IMG/VR virus record: IMGVR_UViG_3300027710_000010
Location: 53,763-117,762 of that record
Source of the DNA: a virus
Taxonomy: Duplodnaviria > Heunggongvirae > Uroviricota > Caudoviricetes
Reading direction: 5' to 3' (one strand)
DNA: 64,000 bases
Shown here: positions 37,294 to 46,358 of the stretch, in pieces
How the letters are laid out: each line of letters begins with the position of its first letter
Position numbering within the stretch: position 1 is the stretch's first letter
Translations under genes and position numbers: made by a program
The notes under the pieces: generated by a model
Told to the model about the DNA's origin: nothing
What the model saw: only the letters and a program-made list of their open reading frames with translations
Databases searched by the model: none

Positions 37294-38688
37294 TTATTTG
37301 CGAGCGTTTGCTCGAACTTGCTCAAATGTAATTTCCTTCACAAGTCGACCATCACGGTATACTTCTTCCAAAGCATCAGTCCATTCCATACCTTTGTCAG
37401 TCCAACCTTTTGGTTGGGTAACAGCAGATTGAAATTCACCTCCGCTTGTCCAAAGTGTCACACGGCCTGCTTTTGACTTCTTGCCCGAGTCAGTAATTGG
37501 ATCTTTCTGTACGTCTACCCATTTACCGTTAATTTCCGCACTCGAGCATTTCATAGCAAAACGCTGTGTATCACGATCCAGTTGTTGCAACAGAGCACCG
37601 CCCATACCAAACGCAATGTTATCAGCACTCCAACCGTATGCTTGGAAGCTACCAAGGATACAACGGATAGTGTGTTCGTTAACGCCGTCACCTTGGATAA
37701 GGCGAACGTTGTTCAATACACGGAAGCCTTTATCGTTGGTAGTGTATCCAAACTTGTCTCCTAGGATCTGTACAAGTTTTCTACAAACAATTTCAGGATC
37801 ACCAGAGTCTGGACGGATGACAACAGTAGCGCCACTATCAATAACTTTCTGGCGAAGTTCTTCTCCCCAAAGTTTTTCGGTAGCGTTGTAGATATCATAA
37901 CTATCGCTAACCACTGCAAGAATACTACCAGGCTTAGCAAATTGAGTAAGCATATTGTCATAGGCGTTTACTTCGTTGTCTCGACCCCAACTGGTAATAG
38001 TACTGTGCTCGGCTGCTGGAATACTAAAGCCAGCAATACCAGCAGAGTAATATTCGCGAGCAAAAAGAATGCCACTAATAGTATCTGTTCCCATAAAGTT
38101 AACGAGGTGACTAGCGCCGCCGATACCAGCACTCTCCATGCTAGACACACCCCGAGCGCCAAAGTCGTGCAGTTTAAAATCAATAGTACTAGGGTCACCT
38201 GTTTTCTCCAATGCGTCAAGAATGACTTGTTTAATTTTCCAGCTCTGTGTGGCTACAGTAACTGGATACCAAACTGCACGAAGCAGAGCAGTTTCCAACC
38301 AAGTAGTTAACCAGAACGCCTTAGGATCAGTATTTTCAATTGTTGCCAAAACATTGCTAACAGGGACCACTGTGCCTTCAGGAACACTCTTAATAACGAC
38401 AGGAAGGTAACCTCCGTGTGCTGATAGAATGTACTCCCATCCTTCTCGGTTGAAGGGCTCTCCGTGAGCAGTAAGGATCTCATCTGCAATATCAATGTCG
38501 GCTTGAGTAATTGGCTCAAGTAGGTATTCCTTAATAAATGCTTGGAGTCCAAACATCACAGTAGAATCGTAGCGACCGCCACGTGACTCAATGTAGGAGT
38601 AGACTCCTGTAGTACCTACTGGGTACTGTTTGAACATGCTCACTTTGTATGAGTCAGTATTCAAAATAAGATTTTTTGCGAGTTTCAT
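37294..38688 (-). CDS. nadV: nicotinamide phosphoribosyltransferase (NAMPT/NadV)
   Basis: 464 aa; N-terminal NTDSYKVSMFKQYP block and overall length characteristic of NAMPT. Confidence 0.8.
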   Translation of the reverse strand: MKLAKNLILNTDSYKVSMFKQYPVGTTGVYSYIESRGGRYDSTVMFGLQAFIKEYLLEPITQADIDIADEILTAHGEPFNREGWEYILSAHGGYLPVVIKSVPEGTVVPVSNVLATIENTDPKAFWLTTWLETALLRAVWYPVTVATQSWKIKQVILDALEKTGDPSTIDFKLHDFGARGVSSMESAGIGGASHLVNFMGTDTISGILFAREYYSAGIAGFSIPAAEHSTITSWGRDNEVNAYDNMLTQFAKPGSILAVVSDSYDIYNATEKLWGEELRQKVIDSGATVVIRPDSGDPEIVCRKLVQILGDKFGYTTNDKGFRVLNNVRLIQGDGVNEHTIRCILGSFQAYGWSADNIAFGMGGALLQQLDRDTQRFAMKCSSAEINGKWVDVQKDPITDSGKKSKAGRVTLWTSGGEFQSAVTQPKGWTDKGMEWTDALEEVYRDGRLVKEITFEQVRANARK

Positions 38689-38961
38689 TGTAAAGTTCCT
38701 TTACGTATTATGCCAGGCGTCTATCGCTTGGACTTGTTGTTAGTATAACATAGACCCCATGTCTATGTCAACTAATTTGATTAATAACATTCCTTGTAAA
38801 TTGTATAACGAGGTTTTGGATACAATTCAGAAAAGTTTTGTTCTTTAATGTACTTGTTCATATCACCAGCATTGAAAAACATCTTGTTAAACACGGTTAT
38901 GTGCTTACCGTCAATTATTTCGGTTACTGTAAGATAATTGCTTTTTGCGACTCCGGCCATT

Positions 38962-39981
38962 TTATGCTCCTAAAAAGTGTTGGATAATTTCGTAATGATC
39001 TTCAAAACATTCTTCGCTCTTGACCTCAGCAATGGGAACCCAACGTGCTTTTTCTGCATCGTCGGAGCCTTTTACTTTGGGCAATTCGCCATCTGGCAAT
39101 TGAATAAAGAATGCGTGTGTAATAATGCGACCACGTGGACTACGGTCAATCGCATCAAATACCTTACTGCGTTGAATACTGCCGCGAAGTACTGGAGCTG
39201 GTACTTTGATTAGCGTTTCTTCACGCAATTCGCGGATCGCGGCATCTTCAACTGACTTGTCTGTGTTGGCGTTTACATATCCGCCTGGCAATGCCCACAA
39301 GCCCTTACCTGGTTCAGCACGGCGTTTGATAAGCAAGATGTGTCCGCTTTGGATCACAACTGCATCAGCTGTACTGAATATTGGAGGATAAGGCAAACTT
39401 GCGTATTGCTTCTTGTAGTTGATAACAAACTCGCGTTCGCGGATGATCTGTTCGTACTCTGCTGTTTCTTTGAACTTCATTAGGAAGTCAAAGGTAGATT
39501 CTGGAACAACGCCTTTGATAAAGCTCATATTGACATCACGCTTGAAGAACAAGTCTCGAATGTTAACGGCACTTAAAAACTCAATAAGCTCTACGTTTTC
39601 AAATCCCCATTGTGGGAACATATCTAAGTAGAATGAACTGTCATCTTTCTTGTGACCGATGATGCCAACCTTGTCGCCGGGCTTAGTGTGTTTGGCAACT
39701 AGTGCCTGTACACGAACTGCCCATGCTTGGTCGTTGTAAATTGTATCTGGATTTTCTTCAACGCTGATTAGCATTGAAAGTCCGCCTGCCGCATACTTAA
39801 TCATCTGTGCTCGTTCAGCACTTGTAAACGGGTTTTTGTAAGTGCGGGGTTGTGCGGCACTACCTGTAATAATCACCAGCTGTTCACAAAGTGCTGTGGC
39901 ACGTTTGATAATCTCTAAGTGAGCATTATGTATGGGTTGGAAGCGTCCAATAAGGACTAGGGTATCGTATTTTCTAGACAT
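38962..39981 (-). CDS. nadM: bifunctional NMN adenylyltransferase / Nudix ADP-ribose pyrophosphatase (NadM-Nudix, NatV-like)
   Basis: N-terminal LVLIGRFQPIHNAH (HxGH nucleotidyltransferase) plus C-terminal Nudix box AAIRELREETLI. Confidence 0.8.
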   Translation of the reverse strand: MSRKYDTLVLIGRFQPIHNAHLEIIKRATALCEQLVIITGSAAQPRTYKNPFTSAERAQMIKYAAGGLSMLISVEENPDTIYNDQAWAVRVQALVAKHTKPGDKVGIIGHKKDDSSFYLDMFPQWGFENVELIEFLSAVNIRDLFFKRDVNMSFIKGVVPESTFDFLMKFKETAEYEQIIREREFVINYKKQYASLPYPPIFSTADAVVIQSGHILLIKRRAEPGKGLWALPGGYVNANTDKSVEDAAIRELREETLIKVPAPVLRGSIQRSKVFDAIDRSPRGRIITHAFFIQLPDGELPKVKGSDDAEKARWVPIAEVKSEECFEDHYEIIQHFLGA

Positions 39982-40071
39982 TGAAAAATCCTTTCAATAA
40001 TGTCAACTTTGCGTCTATCGCATCGCTTTGTTTTATTTATGCTTTAATTATAACATCAAAGCATTCTTGGG

Positions 40072-40515
40072 TCAAGCTAATTTGGCTCTAATTTCCATAT
40101 AAAAAGCATGGTACTTTGCCATTCTAGCGATGTCCTTTTCAGTAACACCCTTGAGTCTTCGGATGTCTGTGTTATGACGCAGATCAGCCATTTTGACTCG
40201 CATAGCATCTTCGCTAGCAAAAACGCCTTCCTTATATTCTTCATAAGTTTGGCCAGGTTGCTTGGTAAGAGCACGGATGCCAGTGATAACTCTTTCGGTC
40301 ATACCAGCTTCACGTAAGTCTTTGTAAGTGACATTGGTGTCTTCAATAACATCATGTCCCAGTGCCATACACATCAATTCTTCGTCATCACTCTTTAGGT
40401 AGTGCATAACTTTGAGTGGGTGCAGGATGTAAGGATTGCCGCCTTTGTCAAATTGACCGTGATGGGCAGTGGTTGCAATGTGCAACATTTGTGCTAACAT
40501 TTCGCCTTTTCTCAT
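40072..40515 (-). CDS. HD-domain (p)ppGpp hydrolase-like protein (small alarmone hydrolase)
   Basis: HHGQFDKGGNPYILHPLKV matches the SpoT/RelA hydrolase HD motif; single-domain 147 aa. Confidence 0.65.
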   Translation of the reverse strand: MRKGEMLAQMLHIATTAHHGQFDKGGNPYILHPLKVMHYLKSDDEELMCMALGHDVIEDTNVTYKDLREAGMTERVITGIRALTKQPGQTYEEYKEGVFASEDAMRVKMADLRHNTDIRRLKGVTEKDIARMAKYHAFYMEIRAKLA

Positions 40516-40577
40516 CTTTTACTCCTATTACTTACTGTACTTACAGTATAACGCAAGTCCGCCAATCTGTCAACCAT

Positions 40578-40605
40578 AAAGAAACCCGCCGAAGCGGGTT
40601 TAATG
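40578..40605 (-). terminator. rho-independent terminator after the OM protein gene
   Basis: AAACCCGC-cgaa-GCGGGTTT plus T-run on minus strand. Confidence 0.7.
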
Positions 40606-40616
40606 TTTAATACTAA

Positions 40617-41339
40617 TTAGTTAAACGATTTGGTTACTGACACTACAAAAGTATCTTTGTAAAGACGTTGACCATTTATTGTATTAGCAGATTGGAATGT
40701 GCTTCCTTGATTGCTGTTTGTGTAATACTTACCAGCAATATTCCAACCTTGCAAGTCATATGCAACACCGACATTGTAGTCTGTATAGTTCAATGATGAG
40801 CTGTTTTCAACTAGTGTGCGGCCAACATGACCAACTGCCGACAATTTGCCAACTAGTGGAATTGTTGCGTCTGCCTGTAGGTAGTTAGAACCTTTACTGT
40901 TAGCAGTACCAAAGTAGTTGCTTAATGATTGACTAGCTTTAACACTAACCAACTCTTTGTAACCTACACCAACGTACAATTCGTTCGTGTCAAAGTTATT
41001 ACCACCTGTGGTAGTTGTAGCACGTGGATAGAAATAATTCATAGTACCAACGTCGATTGTAACGCCTTTATAAACTTCTTTCTTAAAGCCAGCGTATACA
41101 TCTGACTCAACGCCTGCGCCATTTGTATACATTTGACTTGAAACAGAACTGTTCCAGTTACCGACGTATAGCCCACTTGAGTGTGCGTAATCAATACCGC
41201 CTTGTACTGCTGGAGCATTTTGGGTTTGACTTACGCCACGGAAACGGTAGTCGGAGGTCAAGCCCAAATTGCCTGTAACCTGTGCTTGGGCAACAGAGAT
41301 ACCTGCTACCATCATCAATGCTAAAAATAGCTTTTTCAT
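40617..41339 (-). CDS. outer-membrane beta-barrel protein (TIGR02001-like)
   Basis: Signal peptide ending AQA; TSDYRFRGVSQT N-terminal block; alternating amphipathic strands; C-terminal F. Confidence 0.55.
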   Translation of the reverse strand: MKKLFLALMMVAGISVAQAQVTGNLGLTSDYRFRGVSQTQNAPAVQGGIDYAHSSGLYVGNWNSSVSSQMYTNGAGVESDVYAGFKKEVYKGVTIDVGTMNYFYPRATTTTGGNNFDTNELYVGVGYKELVSVKASQSLSNYFGTANSKGSNYLQADATIPLVGKLSAVGHVGRTLVENSSSLNYTDYNVGVAYDLQGWNIAGKYYTNSNQGSTFQSANTINGQRLYKDTFVVSVTKSFN

Positions 41340-41424
41340 ATTTGTATTTCCTTTTAATAAAGTGACTGTACGTCACTTGTACATTATATAGTATTGTTGA
41401 TTCTAGAGCAAGATTTTTATAGTC

Positions 41425-41450
41425 AAAAGAAACCCGCCGAAGCGGGTCCT
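41425..41450 (-). terminator. rho-independent terminator at 3' end of tmRNA coding piece
   Basis: GGACCCGC-ttcg-GCGGGTTTCTTTT on minus strand. Confidence 0.7.
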
Positions 41451-41850
41451 ACTATTTTGGATGACACGGTATAGTTACCGCGCAAGGGCTGTTTTTTAGG
41501 CAGCTAATTCGAAACGCTCAGCGTTTGCGGCGCGAGCCACAGAAGCTGGAACTTCGAAAAACTTGAAAGTAGATGTTTTTGCATTTACTAGATTTTGCTT
41601 GATTTAGAGTCATCGCCTACTCAGTTGCCGTCTTCAATATCTCACCCTGTCGAAACCATGGCAGGCCCATTAGTAAGTATGCTAACCGGTATACAAAGCC
41701 TTCTGTACACCACGGAGGAATAAATTCCTGCTTATCCGTTAAACTGTCGCTAACATACTTGCTGGTGGACCTGGCGGGAGTCGAACCCGCGTCCAAGATG
41801 CCTTTTCTCTAAAGGAATTACAACTATACCGCTATTATACGGCATAATAT
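41430..41850 (-). ncRNA. ssrA: tmRNA (ssrA), apparently circularly permuted two-piece form; tag reading frame 41531..41496 encodes (A)ANAERFELAA-stop
   Basis: Minus strand contains a tRNA-like acceptor/T-arm ending ...GCGGG-TTCGACT-CCCGC-CAGGTCC-A-CCA at 41763-41790. About 110 nt downstream lies a 5' acceptor strand GGGCCUGCCAUGGUUUCGACAGGG resembling the E. coli tmRNA 5' end, then GCC GCA AAC GCT GAG CGT TTC GAA TTA GCT GCC TAA, then a terminator. Confidence 0.7.
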
Positions 41851-41914
41851 TTATCCTGTCAAACTTTTTGGTTGTTAAAGCAATAAATACATACATAACA
41901 TTGGGAGCGAATCA

Positions 41915-42196
41915 ATGGGTGATATTTTTAAAATTATTGGCGACTTAGGTATGCCAGTAGCGGCAGCACTAGCAGGTGGGTACTTCGTGTACCTTACTAT
42001 CAAATTGTTATTACAAGGAGTACTTGGTTCAATCAAAGGTATGGCCGGTATTATCACAGCACTAGATAACCGTGTCAAAACCATGAACCACGACGTTGTA
42101 CGTATTGATACTATCGTATCGAATGCATTAGGGTTGCGCCCAGATGTAGAGCGAATTGCTCGTGCTGATGGTAAGAATGATGCAAGAAGGGATTAA
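41915..42196 (+). CDS. small membrane protein
   Basis: 93 aa, hydrophobic N-terminal half; first gene of a plus-strand block. Confidence 0.45.
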   Translation: MGDIFKIIGDLGMPVAAALAGGYFVYLTIKLLLQGVLGSIKGMAGIITALDNRVKTMNHDVVRIDTIVSNALGLRPDVERIARADGKNDARRD

Positions 42197-42198
42197 TT

Positions 42199-42408
42199 AT
42201 GTTGTACATTGATTACTCTTGGGACCTTAGTCCAAGTGGTATTAGATTAGATGAAGAACTTAACATAGACAAATTAGGCTGGAAGGCCGGGGATCTGTTC
42301 GAAGTTACAAACACCAACGGTCGAGCGATGTTAAGAAAAGTAGATCCTGTAGTAGCATTTGCTAAGGGATATAGAGTAAACTTTGGAGAAGAAAATGGAC
42401 GTAGTTGA
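42199..42408 (+). CDS. hypothetical small protein
   Basis: 69 aa ORF. Confidence 0.4.
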   Translation: MLYIDYSWDLSPSGIRLDEELNIDKLGWKAGDLFEVTNTNGRAMLRKVDPVVAFAKGYRVNFGEENGRS

Positions 42409-42718
42409 GTTAGTCAATAAGTATGGCTTTCCAATTGTCATGGCAGTTGGAATGGGCTTCATTATCAAGTACGTTTGGGAATGGGCTACAAAGGAAGTTA
42501 AACCAGTTATCTCAGAAGCCAATACAGTGCTGATTGCGCTAATTGATCGTATACGTATGTTAGACAATGACTTGATTCGATTGAATCAAAAAGTAAATAC
42601 AGTACTGCACTTGCGAGGCAAGACTATTGAATATGAACGTGTTGAAGCTGAGAAAGAAATTAATGAAGTTAAACAAAAGAAAGAAGATGATAAAACTGCT
42701 AGTGCAGGAGAGTCATAA
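42383..42718 (+). CDS. hypothetical membrane/coiled-coil protein
   Basis: 111 aa, one TM segment. Confidence 0.45.
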   Translation: MEKKMDVVELVNKYGFPIVMAVGMGFIIKYVWEWATKEVKPVISEANTVLIALIDRIRMLDNDLIRLNQKVNTVLHLRGKTIEYERVEAEKEINEVKQKKEDDKTASAGES

Positions 42719-42838
42719 AGAACACCTACCTTAGGACCGTACTTGTACGGAGGTGTGGCCGGCTGCTGGCTACAAATGTTGGGAGTCGTGCCCCGGAAGA
42801 CATTTGTAAAGTGAGCATTTTTTACGACTAAATATTCA

Positions 42839-43552
42839 ATGGATAAAATCATAGCAACGTTAGTGATGACGCACATCACAATAGTATGTGTAACATTATA
42901 CTTACACAGAAGTCAAGCACACAGGGGCATTGAGTTTCATCCCGTAATAAGTCACTTCATGAGACTTTGGTTATGGATGACTACAGGGATGACTACCAAG
43001 CAATGGGTAGCTATACATCGTAAGCATCATCAAAATACAGATGTAGAAGGTGATCCGCATAGTCCGCATGTGTTCGGAATTTGGCAACTAGTTTTTGGTG
43101 GTGTTAAATTTTATAATCTAGCAGGTAAAGATGCACACATGGTTATGAAATACGGCATGGGCACACCTAAAGACTGGATTGAACGCAAACTTTATACACC
43201 CCACCATCGCCTTGGCATTCTCTTAATGCTAGTCATAGACTTATTGTTCTTTGGGCCTTGGGGATTTTTAGTGTGGGGTGTTCAAATGATATGGATACCA
43301 TTCTGGGCCGCAGGATTTATTAACGGCATCGGACACTGGTGGGGTTATCGCAATGGCGAAACTAAGGACCGCAGTCACAACGTCAGTCCTTGGGGAATTT
43401 TAATTGGTGGAGAAGAACTACATAACAATCATCACCTAGATCCTGCTAACCCTAAACTAAGTCGTCGCTGGTTTGAGTTTGATATTGGCTGGATGTGGTT
43501 TAAGATTTTTGAATTGCTAAAGTTAGCTAAACTTAGAAACTCTTCGCAATAA
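42839..43552 (+). CDS. membrane fatty-acid desaturase family protein
   Basis: Histidine boxes HRKHH and HNNHH with hydrophobic spans. Confidence 0.7.
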   Translation: MDKIIATLVMTHITIVCVTLYLHRSQAHRGIEFHPVISHFMRLWLWMTTGMTTKQWVAIHRKHHQNTDVEGDPHSPHVFGIWQLVFGGVKFYNLAGKDAHMVMKYGMGTPKDWIERKLYTPHHRLGILLMLVIDLLFFGPWGFLVWGVQMIWIPFWAAGFINGIGHWWGYRNGETKDRSHNVSPWGILIGGEELHNNHHLDPANPKLSRRWFEFDIGWMWFKIFELLKLAKLRNSSQ

Positions 43553-44282
43553 ACTCTGCTTCGGGGATACGGGTATGTGTATTTTTACTACCTAACACAA
43601 CAACAATACGTCTTCCTATTTCAGTATCTAGCATCATAACAATACAACCTCCACTGGCTCTTATGTAGCCAGTTTTGCTGACTATGAAGTTATGACGTTT
43701 GCCAATAATAGGATTTGTGTTATTAAAAATAAACCACTGTTTCTTTAGTTTAATTTTAACTTGGCTTGTTTTACTAGTTTCAACAATTTCTGGATACTTT
43801 GCTGACTCTAAAACAATTTTAATTAATTCTTCAGCTGTGCTGACATTCATTACACTGAGTCCAGTTGGGTCTATATACTTTGTTTTTGTTAGCCCAAGTT
43901 GTTTGGCTTTTGCGTTCATAGCACGTATACATTCAACAGTTCCGCCGGGGTAATGCTCGCAAAGCATTAGAGAGGCGGTGTTATCGCTTTTAACCATTGC
44001 CAACTGTATTAGTTCTTTGCGTGTGTATGGTTTGATAAAATCATTTAAATCTTGATTTGCATCTAATACAACCATAACAGTCATCAATTTAGTAATACTG
44101 GCAATGCTACGCTGTTGCTCAGTATTTTCGCCTTGTATTATTTTGCCGTCGGCACTTGCCACCAACCACGATGTTGCTGTAATTGGCACAGGTTTGGCAT
44201 TGGAGGCGTTTGCTTGCCCAACATATAAAAGGGCAAAAAATGCCAATAGATATAAGATTCTATACATTTGTCTAGTATACAC
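43533..44282 (-). CDS. D-alanyl-D-alanine carboxypeptidase/endopeptidase (peptidase S11)
   Basis: Signal peptide; SITKLMT (SxxK), SDN and C-terminal KTG-like block. Confidence 0.7.
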   Translation of the reverse strand: MYTRQMYRILYLLAFFALLYVGQANASNAKPVPITATSWLVASADGKIIQGENTEQQRSIASITKLMTVMVVLDANQDLNDFIKPYTRKELIQLAMVKSDNTASLMLCEHYPGGTVECIRAMNAKAKQLGLTKTKYIDPTGLSVMNVSTAEELIKIVLESAKYPEIVETSKTSQVKIKLKKQWFIFNNTNPIIGKRHNFIVSKTGYIRASGGCIVMMLDTEIGRRIVVVLGSKNTHTRIPEAEFIAKSF

Positions 44283-44303
44283 TCTGTTATTGGCATTGTA
44301 AAG

Positions 44304-46358
44304 TTATTTTTCGTGTGCAACAAATTCACCGTTCCAGTTGTCGCCCAAATCTTGGTGTTTCATAAACTCGCAACGTTCAATCCAAATCTTATAGTACTTG
44401 TCCATTTGTCCGCCAAAGTTACCCTTTAGCTTTTTACACATAGCGGCAGCTTCGTCAAACTTTTTAGCTTTGTATAAGTCATGCATTACTTCGTGTGCTA
44501 TCTTATCTCTAGTGTAATCAACACCACGAGTACGTAACACAGTATAAATTAAGTCTGCTACTGTCTTGCCTTTTGGTTGCAAGTTGTCTAGCAACAAGTA
44601 GAAGAAATCATCTTTAGTTCTGTTGTATGTTTCTGCCCCAACAATGGCCAATACACCGTACGCTTTACAACGTGCTTCTAAACGTGCCGCAGTACTAACC
44701 ATGTCACCTAGAATGTCATAGCTGTGACGTTCTGTTGAACCCATCTCACCGATAAAGCCAATACCTGTGTTACAACCCCAACCCATTGCGGCTGGCGGTA
44801 AACCTTGTGCTTCCATTAGCTTGGTATATTCGTCTACAGCATCCAACATTTCTAATCCTACCTTAACGATAGTACGAGCATGATTAGGATCTTCAATAGG
44901 AGCACCGTGTATGTGCATTGACGCATCACCTACATACTTGATAACCATGCCCTTGTTATCTAACATTGGCTGACTGATAGCATCCATGTATCCGTTCATG
45001 TACTTGCCTAGCCCAGCGACGTCATCTCCATAGTGTTCGCCAATTGGTGTAAAGCCACGTAGGTCACTAAACATAACACTTACGTCTTTTCGCACACCAC
45101 GCTTGATTAAGTCTGGATCTTTTTGTAACAGCTCTACTACTTCTTTTGAACAGTATCCAGCAAACTGTTTCTTAATAGCTTGCTTCTGTAAGAACTCGCT
45201 TACAAACTTAACGCCATAAGTATGCAGAGCGACAAGAATAAGACCAAACGAGATTGCTGTCGCGTCTGATAAGATGAGCCAGCTATTGAAAGCGTACATA
45301 GTACCAGGAATGATGGCACCAACAATAACCACAGTAGCACAAATGCCAACATAAGTCCACCTCGATAAGAAAATTAATAAAATGCCAAATGCTAGTAATG
45401 CTAAAACTTCAACTCCCTCGGCATAGTCGGGACGTTGTATAACTACTCCATTAACCATTGTGCCTATTGCGGCTGCTTGTACATCCTGTGGCCATACAGC
45501 GCCCTTGCTTGTTGGCACTGGATTGGCAATACCTGCGGCTGTTGGTCCTACGATAACAATAGCGCCCCCAAAATCTTTAGGTAGCTCCATTAGACTTACC
45601 TGTTTATTTTCTTGGCTCCAGTCAATCCATACACGACCCAACGCATCAGTAGTAATTGGACCAAATTTAGGAATTCGCATTTTTTCAACACCACCAGCGA
45701 ATAGCTTAATCTGTGTTGTTGAATCTCCTGCTACTACACGAAGTGTCTCCATAGCAAGGCTTGGATAGATATCTCCGTTAACTGTAATGACTAATGGTAG
45801 TCGGCGATTAACACCGTCAATTTCTTCTTTAGTATGAGTTGTGCCAACTCCTATGGCATTATTTTCCAACATTGGCACATTGGCAATTAGACCACCGTAC
45901 GGAGTAATGCTGTCTACAAATTCTGAATTGATAACTGCTGTTCCAGGCTTGCGTGGACTGTTCTTAGTTTTACCCTCGTAAGGTGTTGATGAAAGAACTA
46001 CAGGATATTGTTTTAGGGCATTTGCGAGAACAGCATCGCCACCAGTACGATCAGACTCAGCCATGATAACATTGAGCACAACAAGCCCAGCGCCACGATC
46101 GTACAAATCTTTAATAATCTTAGCATACTCTGCCCTCGGTAATGGCCATTGGCCATACTTATCTAAACTAGCTTCGTCTATGTTAACTGTATAGATATTA
46201 TTTTCTGTAGGTGCTTTGCTAGTAATTAGTGTATCAAAATAACGTAGCCTTACACTTTCAACAAATGTAGGATCTGCAACACGTATGCTCAATACTAACG
46301 CTAGTGTTAGTAGTGCAGTCCAAGGGCTTAACAATGTTTTCTTAAATTCTATTTTCAT
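44304..46358 (-). CDS. CHASE2 sensor domain-containing adenylate/guanylate cyclase
   Basis: N-terminal TM plus periplasmic CHASE2-like domain, 3 TM helices, class III cyclase core (FSDLRGFT). Confidence 0.7.
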   Translation of the reverse strand: MKIEFKKTLLSPWTALLTLALVLSIRVADPTFVESVRLRYFDTLITSKAPTENNIYTVNIDEASLDKYGQWPLPRAEYAKIIKDLYDRGAGLVVLNVIMAESDRTGGDAVLANALKQYPVVLSSTPYEGKTKNSPRKPGTAVINSEFVDSITPYGGLIANVPMLENNAIGVGTTHTKEEIDGVNRRLPLVITVNGDIYPSLAMETLRVVAGDSTTQIKLFAGGVEKMRIPKFGPITTDALGRVWIDWSQENKQVSLMELPKDFGGAIVIVGPTAAGIANPVPTSKGAVWPQDVQAAAIGTMVNGVVIQRPDYAEGVEVLALLAFGILLIFLSRWTYVGICATVVIVGAIIPGTMYAFNSWLILSDATAISFGLILVALHTYGVKFVSEFLQKQAIKKQFAGYCSKEVVELLQKDPDLIKRGVRKDVSVMFSDLRGFTPIGEHYGDDVAGLGKYMNGYMDAISQPMLDNKGMVIKYVGDASMHIHGAPIEDPNHARTIVKVGLEMLDAVDEYTKLMEAQGLPPAAMGWGCNTGIGFIGEMGSTERHSYDILGDMVSTAARLEARCKAYGVLAIVGAETYNRTKDDFFYLLLDNLQPKGKTVADLIYTVLRTRGVDYTRDKIAHEVMHDLYKAKKFDEAAAMCKKLKGNFGGQMDKYYKIWIERCEFMKHQDLGDNWNGEFVAHEK

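Noticed and set aside
41761-41850. Stand-alone tRNA (T-arm plus acceptor plus CCA) at 41763-41850
   Set aside because: No matching 5' acceptor strand or D-arm on its 5' side. The complementary acceptor strand lies ~110 nt 3' of the CCA together with a tag ORF, which fits a permuted tmRNA acceptor piece rather than a tRNA.
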